A stretch of DNA of 63,487 bases, counting the filler. It is 5 parts of 5 records of this genome, joined end to end, with 100 filler letters (N's around TTAATTAATTAA, not from the genome) between each part and the next. Parts side by side here need not be neighbours in the genome. Positions count along the whole stretch, not along the records: positions 1 to 27,783 come from SRR20825019_897; positions 27,884 to 36,619 come from SRR20825019_911; 3 more parts are not named here. One strand, written 5' to 3'. Positions within the stretch are counted from its first letter, which is position 1. Each line of letters starts with the position of its first letter. The notes beneath the pieces were generated by a model. That model was not told the origin of the DNA and ran no database searches. It saw nothing but the letters and a program-made list of their open reading frames with translations. This document shows positions 20,908 to 31,246 of this stretch, piece by piece. The position numbers and the translations under genes were made by a program.

Positions 20908-20983
20908 GTAAAAAATTGTAACTTTTTTCCATACTTATTAAAGTTATTATAAACTAGAATTAATATATTTAATTTATACCTGA

Positions 20984-21012
20984 TTGACATTTACATGATA
21001 TAATTGTAATAA
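20984..21012 (+). promoter_or_regulatory. Possible sigma70 promoter for trcR
   Basis: TTGACA, 17 bp, TAATAA upstream of ATG 21038; the AT-rich background weakens the call. Confidence 0.35.
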
Positions 21013-21037
21013 ATACCTCAAATATAATCTAAATAAA

Positions 21038-21568
21038 ATGAATAGAAAAATATACCCTTTAATGCCAAAAGCTACTGCAGTTTGGTTAATAGACAATACA
21101 AAACTTACTTTTAAACAAATAGCAGATTTTTGTGGCATTCATGAACTTGAAATACAAAATATTGCAAATGGTGAATCTGCATTAAGCGTAGTTGCATCAG
21201 ACCCTATTTTAGCTGGACAAATAAGTAGAGATAAATTAACAAAATGTGAAAATGATCCAAGTCTTATGCTTGAATTAAATGATAGTTATGTAAGTGCTTT
21301 AACAAGTATAAAGCCTAATAAGAAAAAATATACACCTCTAGCTAGAAGACATGAAAAACCAGATGCAATATACTGGCTGATTAAGAATTATCCTGATGTT
21401 AAAGATTCTCAAATAGCAAAGCTTTTAGGAACTACTAAAAATACTATAACAACTATAAGAACTCATTCTCATTGGAATATGAAAAATCTTAGACCAAGAG
21501 ATCCTGTTATTCTTGGACTATGTACTCAAACTGAACTTAATAAATTAATTGAGAAGATTTCTGCTTAA
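21038..21568 (+). CDS. trcR: DUF1013 family cell-cycle transcription regulator TrcR
   Basis: PLMPKATAVWLIDNT.LTF.QIADFCG, KYTP..RR..KPDAI.WL, HWN...P.DPV.LGLC. Confidence 0.85.
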   Translation: MNRKIYPLMPKATAVWLIDNTKLTFKQIADFCGIHELEIQNIANGESALSVVASDPILAGQISRDKLTKCENDPSLMLELNDSYVSALTSIKPNKKKYTPLARRHEKPDAIYWLIKNYPDVKDSQIAKLLGTTKNTITTIRTHSHWNMKNLRPRDPVILGLCTQTELNKLIEKISA

Positions 21569-21836
21569 ATAAGTAAGTTTTTGAATGATTTACTTAATTA
21601 AATCATATTTTTTATTAAAATAATCAATTATATTTCTATTTTTGTAGATTATTATTTACTTTAAAGAAATAAATTATAATATCCAAATATATTATAATTT
21701 ATAACCTTTATATATATTAAGATTTATTTCTATAAATATATTTTAAAATAATATTTAAACATGATTATTTTTTTATCATTACTAAAAATATTGACTTTAA
21801 ATTATATAAAGAACTTTTAAAAGAATTTTCTAATAT

Positions 21837-24800
21837 ATGAGATATATTTTTTATTTTTTTTATAAAATATTACATATAACATTCATTACTTTTTCTTTTC
21901 TTAACTTTGAAGTTTTAAAAGCTAATATCTTTCATGAGATTACTGCATGTTTAGATGATCCATGTAATTGCCCTAGAACTTCTGTTACGGAAGTTAATAA
22001 TGGTGTTACAAATATGTATGACGGTAACAAAACCTGCCCGCCATGGAATAAATGGAGCGGAAGAGAAAATTGTTTACTAAAAAAACCTCCACCAGATAAA
22101 TTTGAGATGTTTTATAGTAATTTTTGTGCTGAAGCTTCACCTCTCAATAGTTATTTTAATCAAGTTATAAGAGTAAGACTACAAGCATGTAATGTTGCTT
22201 GCTGGAATAGAGTTGAAGATTTAAAATCTGATGGAGAATGTACTCTTTGGCCTGGACCTTATGCTGTACCTATGATTAGGGTTTGCGCAAGAATAGCGCA
22301 GCCTGAGCGAACTGAAACAAAATCTAATTTTGGAGAAAAAAAAGAAATTAAAATAAAGGCTGATCATGGATATACAGAGAATGTCCATCTTCAAGAAAAT
22401 GGTGATATAGTTTCAGACCCCAAGTTCAAACTTCATAATGGAACATATCAATCTATGACTTTACCAAAAATTTGTGCCTATGAAGATCCTTTTGCAGGTC
22501 AATTTATTGAAGGTACTCCAGATATATTTGATTATGACCCATACAGACAACCATTTCATTATACTGAAGGAGTGCATCCCATTATTACAGTAATTAAAGC
22601 CTTGATTGATCAAGGTATGAGTATAAGTGATATTCTTGCTGACGATATTATAGGAAAGGCTTTTTCATTGAGTAACATGTTATATGCTAAAATAGCAGTG
22701 TCATTTATTGCTAAAGGAGTTAATTTTTTAGGTGAAGAAGTATTTAAAAAAGCACTTGATAATATTGGTAAACTAAATGCATATGTTAAAAGTAGCCTTG
22801 GATGCGTTGAATTAAAATATGGCCCTCTCCCACCACCTTTTTGTAAAGATATTAAGACTTGCCTTGATAATATCACCCCTATACCTGAGATAGAAATGAT
22901 TTGTCCAACTATTTGGAATAATGAAAATAAAAAAAAGATACTATATCCACCAAAAGTAGATGGTAAACAAGAAAATACAGATGATATAGAAAGAAGTGAG
23001 AATAGCTGCATTTATGATAGTAGAGTTGAAAATTCATTTATTAATAATAGTTTTAGAGTAAGTTATGATATTCCAGTAAGTATATGTAGCCGTGATCAAA
23101 ATCCTGAATTAGATAACTGCGCTTTATTGTTAAAGCCATGCGATAATGAAACTGATACTTATTGCTCTAAAGTTGATTTTGAAAAACCAGTAACAATATG
23201 TAAAAATGATCAAAACCCTCAAAGTCATAATTGTATAGATTATGGCATGCATACTCAACAACCTGATATTATTCATAATATAATAAATGATTTAGTACCT
23301 TTATGTCCTGTAACTAAACATGGAATTTGTGCTTATGTAAGTATAAAACCATCAGATGATACATCAAAAGAATATAGAATAATTCATGGGTTTAAGATGA
23401 ATGGAGATAATAATCAATCATATCCTCTAAAATCCTATGATCCTTCTATCAATGTTTGCTCTTTAGATTCTAAAAAAAATATTTGTTCAGAAATTTATGG
23501 AATTAATATAGGAGATCATAAAAATATTACTTTTTTAACAAATGAAAGTTATAATTATGATCAAAATGATAACAGAGTAATTGAATCTAAAAAAGACTTT
23601 ATTCTTAAAGATCAAAATAAAGATTATAATTATAAATCTAAAATTATACTTAAAAATTGGTCTGGTACTAATCAGTCACTAGGTGAAATATGCATATATG
23701 ATAAAACTGAAAATAATTTATATGGTTGTATTAAAAGAGCACCCTCACCTAGACCTTTAATTAAAGAATGTTCTATTGAAAATGGATGCTCAAGCAATAT
23801 ATTAAACCCTTCAATGCTTGTAAGCATTCCAGGAGGCGAGAATAGTGTAACTAAATTAACATCGGTTAAAGACTATCAAATACATAATATAGCGGGGCTT
23901 GAATATAAAACTTATGCAACTGATAATGGTTTAACTAAGATGCCATTTCCTTTAGATAATCCTAGATCTATAGAGCCAAGTTCTTTACTTGGAATATATA
24001 AGCCTAAAATTGATAAATATAACTTTAAAAAAATTATTAAATCAAAAAAACAACTTACTTACCTTAATGGTTTAGAATATTCTAGAGGTATATATAGTAC
24101 AGGAGGACAAATTCAATGTATTGATAGCGAGATTGATTCAGGCTGCGAAAAAAATGAAAAATATTGCATTCTTTCAAAACTTGAAAATAGCGATATTGTA
24201 GATTGTAATTGGTTTAAAGAAAATATTTTAAATAAATTTGATGGAATTGGGCCATGTCTTGAAAATGAATTAAATCATAATCCAAAATCATTTAAAATAT
24301 TTTATGGAAAGGAAAAAAATCAATATATAAGTATATATACTCTTTCAAGTAATAATTATATTAAAAAATGCTATACTTATCCAAAAATGGGAACAAACTT
24401 AAATCAATATAATTCAACACTTTGTAGCGTAAGTAATAAAATTCAAGATAGAATTGACCCTCCGTATGATAGTAGTAATTTATATCTAACAGATGAGCAA
24501 TATTATAAAAGATCAGAAAAAATGATAAATGGTAGAGATAATTTTGATACTAGTAAATATGGAATTAGAAATAAAAACCATATAGAACTTGGACTATGTA
24601 CTTCTATACCAGAACCTAAATGTAAAGCTTCAAAATCTGATGGTCTTACTACTGAAACTAGTGAAGAAAGAGGTTTTGCTGAATGGGAAGAATCTTCATA
24701 CGGAAATAAAATTTCTGGAATTTGTCAAAAAGGATATTATCAATCAAGCAAAAAAAATCCTACAAGATATTGTTTACTAGATAAAAATACCGGAACAGCA

Positions 24801-25460
24801 AGTTTTGGAAAAGTAAAAGGAGCATGTAAATCTTTAGAAAATTCTTCTTGTCCTTCTATTAAGAAAAATCACATTTTATGGAAGAGTGTTTTATATGGAG
24901 AAAAATCAGCTCCAGTTTTAGATCAAGGTTTTATACTAAATAATAAAGATCAAGATATTAGTAGAAAATGTATATTTGATGATTCTAAATTAAAATTTAG
25001 ACTAGAAGATATTGATGAAGAAAAAATCAAAACAACTTATATAAACCCTCTTAAATTTAATATTTCATCTAAATATAAAGATCTTAAAAAATATATAATT
25101 AATAAAAAAAATGATCTAAATGAAATTATACTTATAGATACTAAAGATGATTTAATTAATAATTTTAGTTATGAAATAAATTTTTATCTTAAAAAATCTG
25201 ATTTAGATAATTTAAGTTTGATTATAGAACAAGTTCCTAGTAATAGTGATTTAATTATATATAATTCAGAAGATATAGATAAAAGATATCAAAGTTTATA
25301 TAAACAATTAAATAAACTAGATAAGCTTGAATTTTCTAAAAGCGATTTGAGATCATTATTTAAAGAAGGTGATAATAAAATTATCTTTAAAAGAAATATT
25401 AGTAAAGATAAATCAGATAGTAAAAACAAGTCTAAATTAAAATTAATATTTAAATATTAA
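21837..25460 (+). CDS. Large (1207 aa) cysteine-rich exported protein of unknown function
   Basis: N-terminal signal-like segment, many Cys, internal repeat PVxICxxDQNPxxxNC twice, two W-x5-G...R-x-C modules near the C-terminus. Confidence 0.8.
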   Translation: MRYIFYFFYKILHITFITFSFLNFEVLKANIFHEITACLDDPCNCPRTSVTEVNNGVTNMYDGNKTCPPWNKWSGRENCLLKKPPPDKFEMFYSNFCAEASPLNSYFNQVIRVRLQACNVACWNRVEDLKSDGECTLWPGPYAVPMIRVCARIAQPERTETKSNFGEKKEIKIKADHGYTENVHLQENGDIVSDPKFKLHNGTYQSMTLPKICAYEDPFAGQFIEGTPDIFDYDPYRQPFHYTEGVHPIITVIKALIDQGMSISDILADDIIGKAFSLSNMLYAKIAVSFIAKGVNFLGEEVFKKALDNIGKLNAYVKSSLGCVELKYGPLPPPFCKDIKTCLDNITPIPEIEMICPTIWNNENKKKILYPPKVDGKQENTDDIERSENSCIYDSRVENSFINNSFRVSYDIPVSICSRDQNPELDNCALLLKPCDNETDTYCSKVDFEKPVTICKNDQNPQSHNCIDYGMHTQQPDIIHNIINDLVPLCPVTKHGICAYVSIKPSDDTSKEYRIIHGFKMNGDNNQSYPLKSYDPSINVCSLDSKKNICSEIYGINIGDHKNITFLTNESYNYDQNDNRVIESKKDFILKDQNKDYNYKSKIILKNWSGTNQSLGEICIYDKTENNLYGCIKRAPSPRPLIKECSIENGCSSNILNPSMLVSIPGGENSVTKLTSVKDYQIHNIAGLEYKTYATDNGLTKMPFPLDNPRSIEPSSLLGIYKPKIDKYNFKKIIKSKKQLTYLNGLEYSRGIYSTGGQIQCIDSEIDSGCEKNEKYCILSKLENSDIVDCNWFKENILNKFDGIGPCLENELNHNPKSFKIFYGKEKNQYISIYTLSSNNYIKKCYTYPKMGTNLNQYNSTLCSVSNKIQDRIDPPYDSSNLYLTDEQYYKRSEKMINGRDNFDTSKYGIRNKNHIELGLCTSIPEPKCKASKSDGLTTETSEERGFAEWEESSYGNKISGICQKGYYQSSKKNPTRYCLLDKNTGTASFGKVKGACKSLENSSCPSIKKNHILWKSVLYGEKSAPVLDQGFILNNKDQDISRKCIFDDSKLKFRLEDIDEEKIKTTYINPLKFNISSKYKDLKKYIINKKNDLNEIILIDTKDDLINNFSYEINFYLKKSDLDNLSLIIEQVPSNSDLIIYNSEDIDKRYQSLYKQLNKLDKLEFSKSDLRSLFKEGDNKIIFKRNISKDKSDSKNKSKLKLIFKY

Positions 25461-25470
25461 AATAATTATA

Positions 25471-27270
25471 ATGAGTAATCCTGTATTTTATATTAAAGAT
25501 GCAAGTCTTTTTTTTGGTGAAAAAACAATATTTGAAGAGCTTGAATGCTATATTTATAAAGGTGATAAAATATGCTTGATTGGAAATAATGGAGCTGGAA
25601 AATCTAGTCTTTTAAAAGTTATTTCTGGTTTAAATGATGTAAGTAATGGTGATATTTTTATTAATAAAAATATCACTATTCATTATATGCATCAAGAAAT
25701 CATCAAATATGACGGAAAAGTAATTGATTATTTACTCAATGAATGTAATGCCATAGAATATGAAATTGAATATATTTCAGAAAAGTTAAATATTGATATT
25801 AATAAAAATATTAGTGAACTATCAGGCGGGCTTAAAAGGCGCGTTTTAATAGCTGAATCAATATTAAAAAAGCCTGATATTCTTTTATTAGATGAGCCAA
25901 CTAATCACCTGGATATTTTAACTATTGAATGGCTTGAAGGATATATAAATTCATATAATGGAGCAGTAATTTGTATAAGCCATGATAGAAAATTTTTAGA
26001 TAATATTTCAAATAAAACCTGGTGGATATATAAAAATAAAATTTATAAATCAAATACAGGTTATAAGAAATTTGATGAGTTTCAAGAGCAAATTTTTAAA
26101 GAAGAAGAAAATATAATACAAAAGTTAAATAAAAAATTATTACAGGAAAATGAATGGTTAAGTAAAGGAGTAACAGCTAGAAGAAAAAGAAATCAAAGAA
26201 GACTAAAAGATTTAATAAGCTTAAGAACTAAATTAAAAAATCAAAGTAAAAACTATTCAATAAAGCAATACTTTGATGATAGTGAAATAAAAAAATCAAA
26301 TTTTATAATTGAAACTAAAAATTTAAGCTTTGCTATTGATAATAAATATATTATTAAAGATTGCTCAATTAAGTTCAAAAAAAATGAAAAAATTGGAATT
26401 GTAGGGCCAAATGGATCAGGTAAAACAACACTTATAAAATTATTACTTAAAATATTACCTCAAACTTCAGGTTCAGTTAAATTAGCTAAACATTTAAATA
26501 TTACTTATTTTGATCAGGAAAGAACAGAGATTGATAGAAATATTTCTATCAGAAAATTTCTATCGCCTCAAGGTAATGATTATATAAATGTTAATTATAG
26601 TAATATGCATATAGGTTCATATTTAAAAAAAATGGGTTTTAATCCAAAAATCATTGATGACAAAGTATCAACTCTTTCTGGAGGAGAATCTAGTAGATTA
26701 CTTATGGCTTATAAATTAATAAAACCAGCTGATATATTAGTTCTTGATGAACCTACTAATGATTTAGATATAGATACTTTAGATTATTTACTTGATCTAA
26801 TAAATGATCATAAAGGTACAGTTTTTATTGTAAGTCATGATAGGGATTTTTTAGAAAATATTGTAACTAGAACATTAATAATTAAAAATAAAGAAGTAAT
26901 TGATATATTTGGTGGTTATGAAGATTATAAAATATATCTTAAAAATGATAATAACACTAAAACTGAAACAAATAAAAAAAATTTATCAGTAAATAACAAT
27001 AATAACTTAAAGGAAAATAATAATAAGAATAATAAGCTATCATATAAACATAAAAGATTACTTGACCTACTTCCTAAAGAAATAGAAGAATTAGAAAAAG
27101 AAATAGAATTACTGAATCAAGAATTATCTGAAAAAGACTTATTTAAAAAAAATAGAGAAAGATTTGATTTACTTTCTAAAAAACTAGAAAAAAAACAATT
27201 ATCACTTGACAATAAACTTGAAGAATGGTGTGATATTGAAGAATTACAGACTAAACTTAATAAAAATTAA
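25471..27270 (+). CDS. uup: ABC-F family ATPase, Uup-like
   Basis: Two ABC domains, no TM segments, GVTARRKRNQ linker, C-terminal KLSYK coiled coil. Confidence 0.85.
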   Translation: MSNPVFYIKDASLFFGEKTIFEELECYIYKGDKICLIGNNGAGKSSLLKVISGLNDVSNGDIFINKNITIHYMHQEIIKYDGKVIDYLLNECNAIEYEIEYISEKLNIDINKNISELSGGLKRRVLIAESILKKPDILLLDEPTNHLDILTIEWLEGYINSYNGAVICISHDRKFLDNISNKTWWIYKNKIYKSNTGYKKFDEFQEQIFKEEENIIQKLNKKLLQENEWLSKGVTARRKRNQRRLKDLISLRTKLKNQSKNYSIKQYFDDSEIKKSNFIIETKNLSFAIDNKYIIKDCSIKFKKNEKIGIVGPNGSGKTTLIKLLLKILPQTSGSVKLAKHLNITYFDQERTEIDRNISIRKFLSPQGNDYINVNYSNMHIGSYLKKMGFNPKIIDDKVSTLSGGESSRLLMAYKLIKPADILVLDEPTNDLDIDTLDYLLDLINDHKGTVFIVSHDRDFLENIVTRTLIIKNKEVIDIFGGYEDYKIYLKNDNNTKTETNKKNLSVNNNNNLKENNNKNNKLSYKHKRLLDLLPKEIEELEKEIELLNQELSEKDLFKKNRERFDLLSKKLEKKQLSLDNKLEEWCDIEELQTKLNKN

Positions 27271-27783
27271 CTATTCTTTTTATGGAAATCTTTTAATTTA
27301 ATAACATATATTTTAAATGGAATTAATAGAATAAAATTAGTTTAAGGAAAGGATATGTATGTTTTAAATACAAAGAAACATAAAATAATACATAATAGAA
27401 GAGCAAGTTAGATACATAAAATCCTTAAATAGATAGTCATAAAATGAATATATCAATGCAAGCATTTATAGGGAGAAGAAGGATAGCTTCCATAACTACT
27501 AAAAAATCTTACTTATGTAGCCTTAAAAGGGAATATGGATGATTACATAACAGAAAGAATCTCAGAAGAAAGTGTTAATAAATAAAATGGCACAAATAAA
27601 AAATAATGAAAACACATAAATGAACAAATAAAATAGGAGTGACACGGAATAGTTAATATTCCTTTGGGACTGAATTAATAATAATGATGCAAACAGTATT
27701 AACATCAGAGTGATAGTAATATACTTTTTATATAATAAAGTTTTAAGCTATATACGCGAATTTCGTTTAAGAGACATGCATTT

Positions 27784-27883
27784 NNNNNNNNNNNNNNNNN
27801 NNNNNNNNNNNNNNNNNNNNNNNNNNNTTAATTAATTAANNNNNNNNNNNNNNNNNNNNNNNNNNNNNNNNNNNNNNNNNNNN
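27784..27883. other. Artificial contig spacer (N44-TTAATTAATTAA-N44)
   Basis: Six-frame stop linker; base composition changes abruptly across it. Confidence 0.98.
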
Positions 27884-27884
27884 C

Positions 27885-28388
27885 AACTGGCTCGACATGG
27901 CCCGCGAGCGCATCCATTTTCAGGGACTGCCCGCGCGCATCTGCTGGGTTGGTCTCGGTGATCGTCACCGGCTTGGTCTTGCCTTCAATGAGATGGTGAA
28001 GAATGGCGAGTTGAAAGCCCCGATTGTTATCGGCCGCGACCATCTCGACAGTGGCTCGGTGGCCTCGCCCAACCGCGAAACCGAAGCCATGCAGGATGGC
28101 TCCGATGCCGTTTCCGACTGGCCGCTGCTCAATGCTCTGCTGAATACTGCGTCCGGTGCCACATGGGTGTCGCTGCACCATGGCGGCGGCGTCGGCATGG
28201 GCTTCTCGCAGCATGCCGGCATGGTGATCTGCTGCGATGGCACGGAAGATGCGGCGCGGCGTATTGGCCGTGTTCTGTGGAACGACCCGGCCACCGGCGT
28301 CATGCGCCATGCGGATGCCGGCTATGACATCGCCATTGAATGCGCCAAGGAAAACGGCCTGCGCCTGCCGGGCATTCTGGGGAGCTGA
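27885..28388 (+). CDS. hutU: Urocanate hydratase, C-terminal fragment (5' end cut by contig edge)
   Basis: [48 protein letters not shown]. Confidence 0.95.
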   Translation, partial: NWLDMARERIHFQGLPARICWVGLGDRHRLGLAFNEMVKNGELKAPIVIGRDHLDSGSVASPNRETEAMQDGSDAVSDWPLLNALLNTASGATWVSLHHGGGVGMGFSQHAGMVICCDGTEDAARRIGRVLWNDPATGVMRHADAGYDIAIECAKENGLRLPGILGS

Positions 28389-28448
28389 TCGCGAAACGGT
28401 CAGGTGTCTTTGACATTTTTATCCGGTCCGTGCATTGACGTGATCATG

Positions 28449-28478
28449 AAAGGCTGCGCCCTCTGCGCGGCCTTTTTT
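28449..28478 (+). terminator. Rho-independent terminator-like hairpin between hutU and the beta-lactamase gene
   Basis: aaaggctgcgc / gcgcggccttt stem followed by a T-run. Confidence 0.6.
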
Positions 28479-28503
28479 CGCAATGAATGCCGGGAGGATA
28501 CCG

Positions 28504-29310
28504 ATGCGTCAGTTTGCATTAATGCTCACGCTTTTCTTTGCCGCGGCATCTGCGTCATCGGCACGCGCTGCGAATATCTGCACGGTGGTTGCCGATGCGG
28601 CTACGGGTGCTGTGCTGGTGGAGGAGGGCGATTGCCGGACGCGCGTCACCCCGGCTTCCACCTTCAAGGTGCCTCTGGCGGTGATGGGCTTCGATGCCGG
28701 ATTTCTCAATGACGCGGACCATCCTGTTCTGGCCTATCACGACGGCGACCCGGACTGGGGCGGGGCGAATTGGCGGCGTGATACCGATCCCGCAGACTGG
28801 ATCCGCTATTCCGTTGTCTGGTATTCGCAGAGAATCACCCACGCATTGGGGTTCGAGGCGCTGACCGCTTATGCTGATGCCTTCGGTTACGGGAATGCCG
28901 ATTTTTCAGGCGACCCGGGTTTCGACAACGGGCTTGATCGCGCTTGGATCGCGTCTTCGCTGCAAGTCTCGCCGTATGAACAGGTTCGCTTTCTGCGCGC
29001 TTTGGTTCTCAATGCACTGCCTGTGCGTGATGATGCGATGTCGCATGCCCGTGAAATCGTTGAGGTGCGACAGGCCGATGGCTGGATGGTTCACGGAAAA
29101 ACCGGCGCGGCTTATCCTCGTCGCGCGGATCGCAGTTTCGATTATGCGCGCGCCTGGGGCTGGTATGTCGGCTGGGCGGAAAAGGATGGTCAGACATTGG
29201 TCTTCGCCCGACTGACACAGGCGCGTGAAAAAACAAAAGCGTCTCCCGGCGTTCTGGCACGTGATGTTTTTTTATCTGAGTGGCCTGAACTCGCCGGGCA
29301 GGGGGATTAA
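28504..29310 (+). CDS. blaOXA: Class D (OXA-type) serine beta-lactamase
   Basis: Signal peptide; PASTFK, YSVVW, YGN, WIASSL, KTG, GWYVGW motifs; GGGAGGA RBS before ATG 28504. Confidence 0.92.
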   Translation: MRQFALMLTLFFAAASASSARAANICTVVADAATGAVLVEEGDCRTRVTPASTFKVPLAVMGFDAGFLNDADHPVLAYHDGDPDWGGANWRRDTDPADWIRYSVVWYSQRITHALGFEALTAYADAFGYGNADFSGDPGFDNGLDRAWIASSLQVSPYEQVRFLRALVLNALPVRDDAMSHAREIVEVRQADGWMVHGKTGAAYPRRADRSFDYARAWGWYVGWAEKDGQTLVFARLTQAREKTKASPGVLARDVFLSEWPELAGQGD

Positions 29311-29351
29311 AGGGTTTTCGGCATCATGGATGCGGGTCGATCTGGATAATC

Positions 29352-29375
29352 GATATTTTGTCTAGACAAAATATC
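29352..29375. promoter_or_regulatory. Perfect 24-bp palindrome, putative HutC operator
   Basis: GATATTTTGTCTAGACAAAATATC; core TGTCTAGACA fits the HutC TGTmTAkACA-type box; hutC lies at the end of the downstream operon. Confidence 0.75.
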
Positions 29376-29450
29376 CGGTGACTGGCTAATATGCTTAGAA
29401 GAATGGCAATCAGCTGATCTGCTCAAAAAATAGCAAAGAGGGGTTCCAAC

Positions 29451-30404
29451 ATGAATATCAAATGGCTTGCAGCAACTGCACTCGTCGCCGCCACGGCTTT
29501 GGCTACCGGCGCTCAGGCGCAGGAAACCAAGGTTGCTGTCGGACTGTCCGGATGGACCGGTTTTGCGCCGCTGACGCTGGCCAAGGAGGCCGGAATTTTC
29601 GAAAAGAACGGGTTGGATGTGGATCTGATCAAGATTCCACAGGCAAGCCGTCATCTGGCGCTGGCCTCAGGCGATATCCAGTGTGCTGCTACCACGGTTG
29701 AAACCTGGATTGTCTGGGCAGCTGCCGGTGTTCCGACCACGCAGATTTTCCAGCTCGACAAGTCGCACGGTGCCGACGGTATGGTCGTGCGGAACGATAT
29801 TGGTTCGATTTCCGATCTGAAGGGCAAGACCGTTGCCGCTTCCGCCCCCGGCACCTCGCCCTACTTCTACCTCGCCTGGATGCTCAAGGAAAACGGTATG
29901 ACGATGGATGATGTCAAGGTCGTCAACCTTGAGCCGGGCCCGGCAGCGCAAGCCTTCATCGCCGGTCAAAACGATGCCGCCATGACCTATGAACCATATC
30001 TGTCTACGGTGCGTGAAGCACCCGATGCAGGCAAGATCATCGCAACCACGCTCGATTACCCGGCCGTCATGGACACGTTCGGCTGCACACCCGCTTTTCT
30101 GGAAGAAAACCCGGATGCTGCAAAGGCGCTGGCCGATTCCTACTATGAAGCGCTCGCAATGATCGCCGAAAACCCGGACGAAGCCTATGAGATCATGGGC
30201 GCGGATGTGAACCAGTCGGCAGAACAGTTTGCCGGGTCGGCGCAGTATCTTGAGTGGCAGGACCGTGACGCGGCCATCACCTTCTTCTCCGGTGAGTTCA
30301 ATGACTTTTCGGCGGATGCTGCCGAACTGCTGCAGAGCGCCGGTGTGATCCGTGAAATCCCGGATCTGACGACGCTGGCAGATCCATCCTATATCCAGCA
30401 GTAA
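29451..30404 (+). CDS. ABC transporter substrate-binding protein, NitT/TauT (SsuA-like) family
   Basis: Signal peptide, W.GFAPL, S.GADG, DLKGK, DAAMTYEPY. Confidence 0.88.
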   Translation: MNIKWLAATALVAATALATGAQAQETKVAVGLSGWTGFAPLTLAKEAGIFEKNGLDVDLIKIPQASRHLALASGDIQCAATTVETWIVWAAAGVPTTQIFQLDKSHGADGMVVRNDIGSISDLKGKTVAASAPGTSPYFYLAWMLKENGMTMDDVKVVNLEPGPAAQAFIAGQNDAAMTYEPYLSTVREAPDAGKIIATTLDYPAVMDTFGCTPAFLEENPDAAKALADSYYEALAMIAENPDEAYEIMGADVNQSAEQFAGSAQYLEWQDRDAAITFFSGEFNDFSADAAELLQSAGVIREIPDLTTLADPSYIQQ

Positions 30405-30415
30405 ATCGAAACAAA

Positions 30416-30448
30416 ACGGGGGCTGTCGGCAGGTGCGGCAGCCCCCGT
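30416..30448 (+). terminator. Intercistronic 13-bp stem-loop after the binding-protein gene (mRNA stabiliser or partial terminator)
   Basis: acgggggctgtcg-gcaggtg-cggcagcccccgt. Confidence 0.6.
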
Positions 30449-30469
30449 CTTCTTGCCCCGCATGGAAAC

Positions 30470-31246
30470 GTGATGAAGCCGCTTCAGCCTATCAGTTCTA
30501 AACTTCGAATTTCCCTCGGTATATTGTTCTTTGTGGTCTTCTTCGCCGGGTGGTCGTTTGCAACCTTCGGCGGCTTCGTCTCAAAGACGTTTCTGGCCGA
30601 TCCCATCACCATGCTCAAGGATGGCTGGTGGCTGCTTTCAGAGCGGCAGTTCCTCGGTGATATTGGCATCACCGTCTGGCGTGTTGTCGGCGGCTTTGTG
30701 CTGGCCTCGGCCATCGCGGTGCCGGTTGGTATCGCCATGGGTGCCTACAAGCCGATTGAGGCGCTTCTGGAGCCGTTCGTTTCGTTTGCGCGCTATCTTC
30801 CGGCCTCTGCCTTTGTGCCACTGCTCATTCTGTGGGCCGGAATCGGCGAAATGCAGAAATTGCTGGTCATTTTTATCGGTGCGGTTTTCCAGATCATTCT
30901 GATGGTCGCCGTCTATGTTGCCAACACGCGGCGTGATCTGGTGGAGGCAGCTTATACTCTGGGGGCATCGGATACGGGTATTGTTCGCCGTGTGCTGCTG
31001 CCAGCCAGTGCGCCGGATATCGCTGAAACGCTGCGCCTCGTGCTCGGTTGGGCCTGGACGTATGTGATTGTCGCCGAGCTGATTGGAGCATCGTCAGGCA
31101 TCGGCTATATGATCATCAATTCTCAGGCGTTGATGGCGACCGGGCAGATCATTTTCGGAATCATTGTCATCGGCGTGATCGGGTTGATCTCTGATCTCGC
31201 CTTCAAGCTTGCCAACCGCTATCTGTTTGCCTGGAGGTTCGCATGA
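30470..31246 (+). CDS. ABC transporter permease (NitT/TauT family)
   Basis: Multiple TM helices; EAA loop LVEAAYTLGAS; VAELIGASSGIG. Confidence 0.9.
   Translation: MMKPLQPISSKLRISLGILFFVVFFAGWSFATFGGFVSKTFLADPITMLKDGWWLLSERQFLGDIGITVWRVVGGFVLASAIAVPVGIAMGAYKPIEALLEPFVSFARYLPASAFVPLLILWAGIGEMQKLLVIFIGAVFQIILMVAVYVANTRRDLVEAAYTLGASDTGIVRRVLLPASAPDIAETLRLVLGWAWTYVIVAELIGASSGIGYMIINSQALMATGQIIFGIIVIGVIGLISDLAFKLANRYLFAWRFA

Noticed and set aside
28389-29450. Integron cassette or IS context for the OXA gene
   Set aside because: No attC-like site, integrase, transposase or terminal inverted repeats seen; the nearby palindrome fits a HutC operator better.
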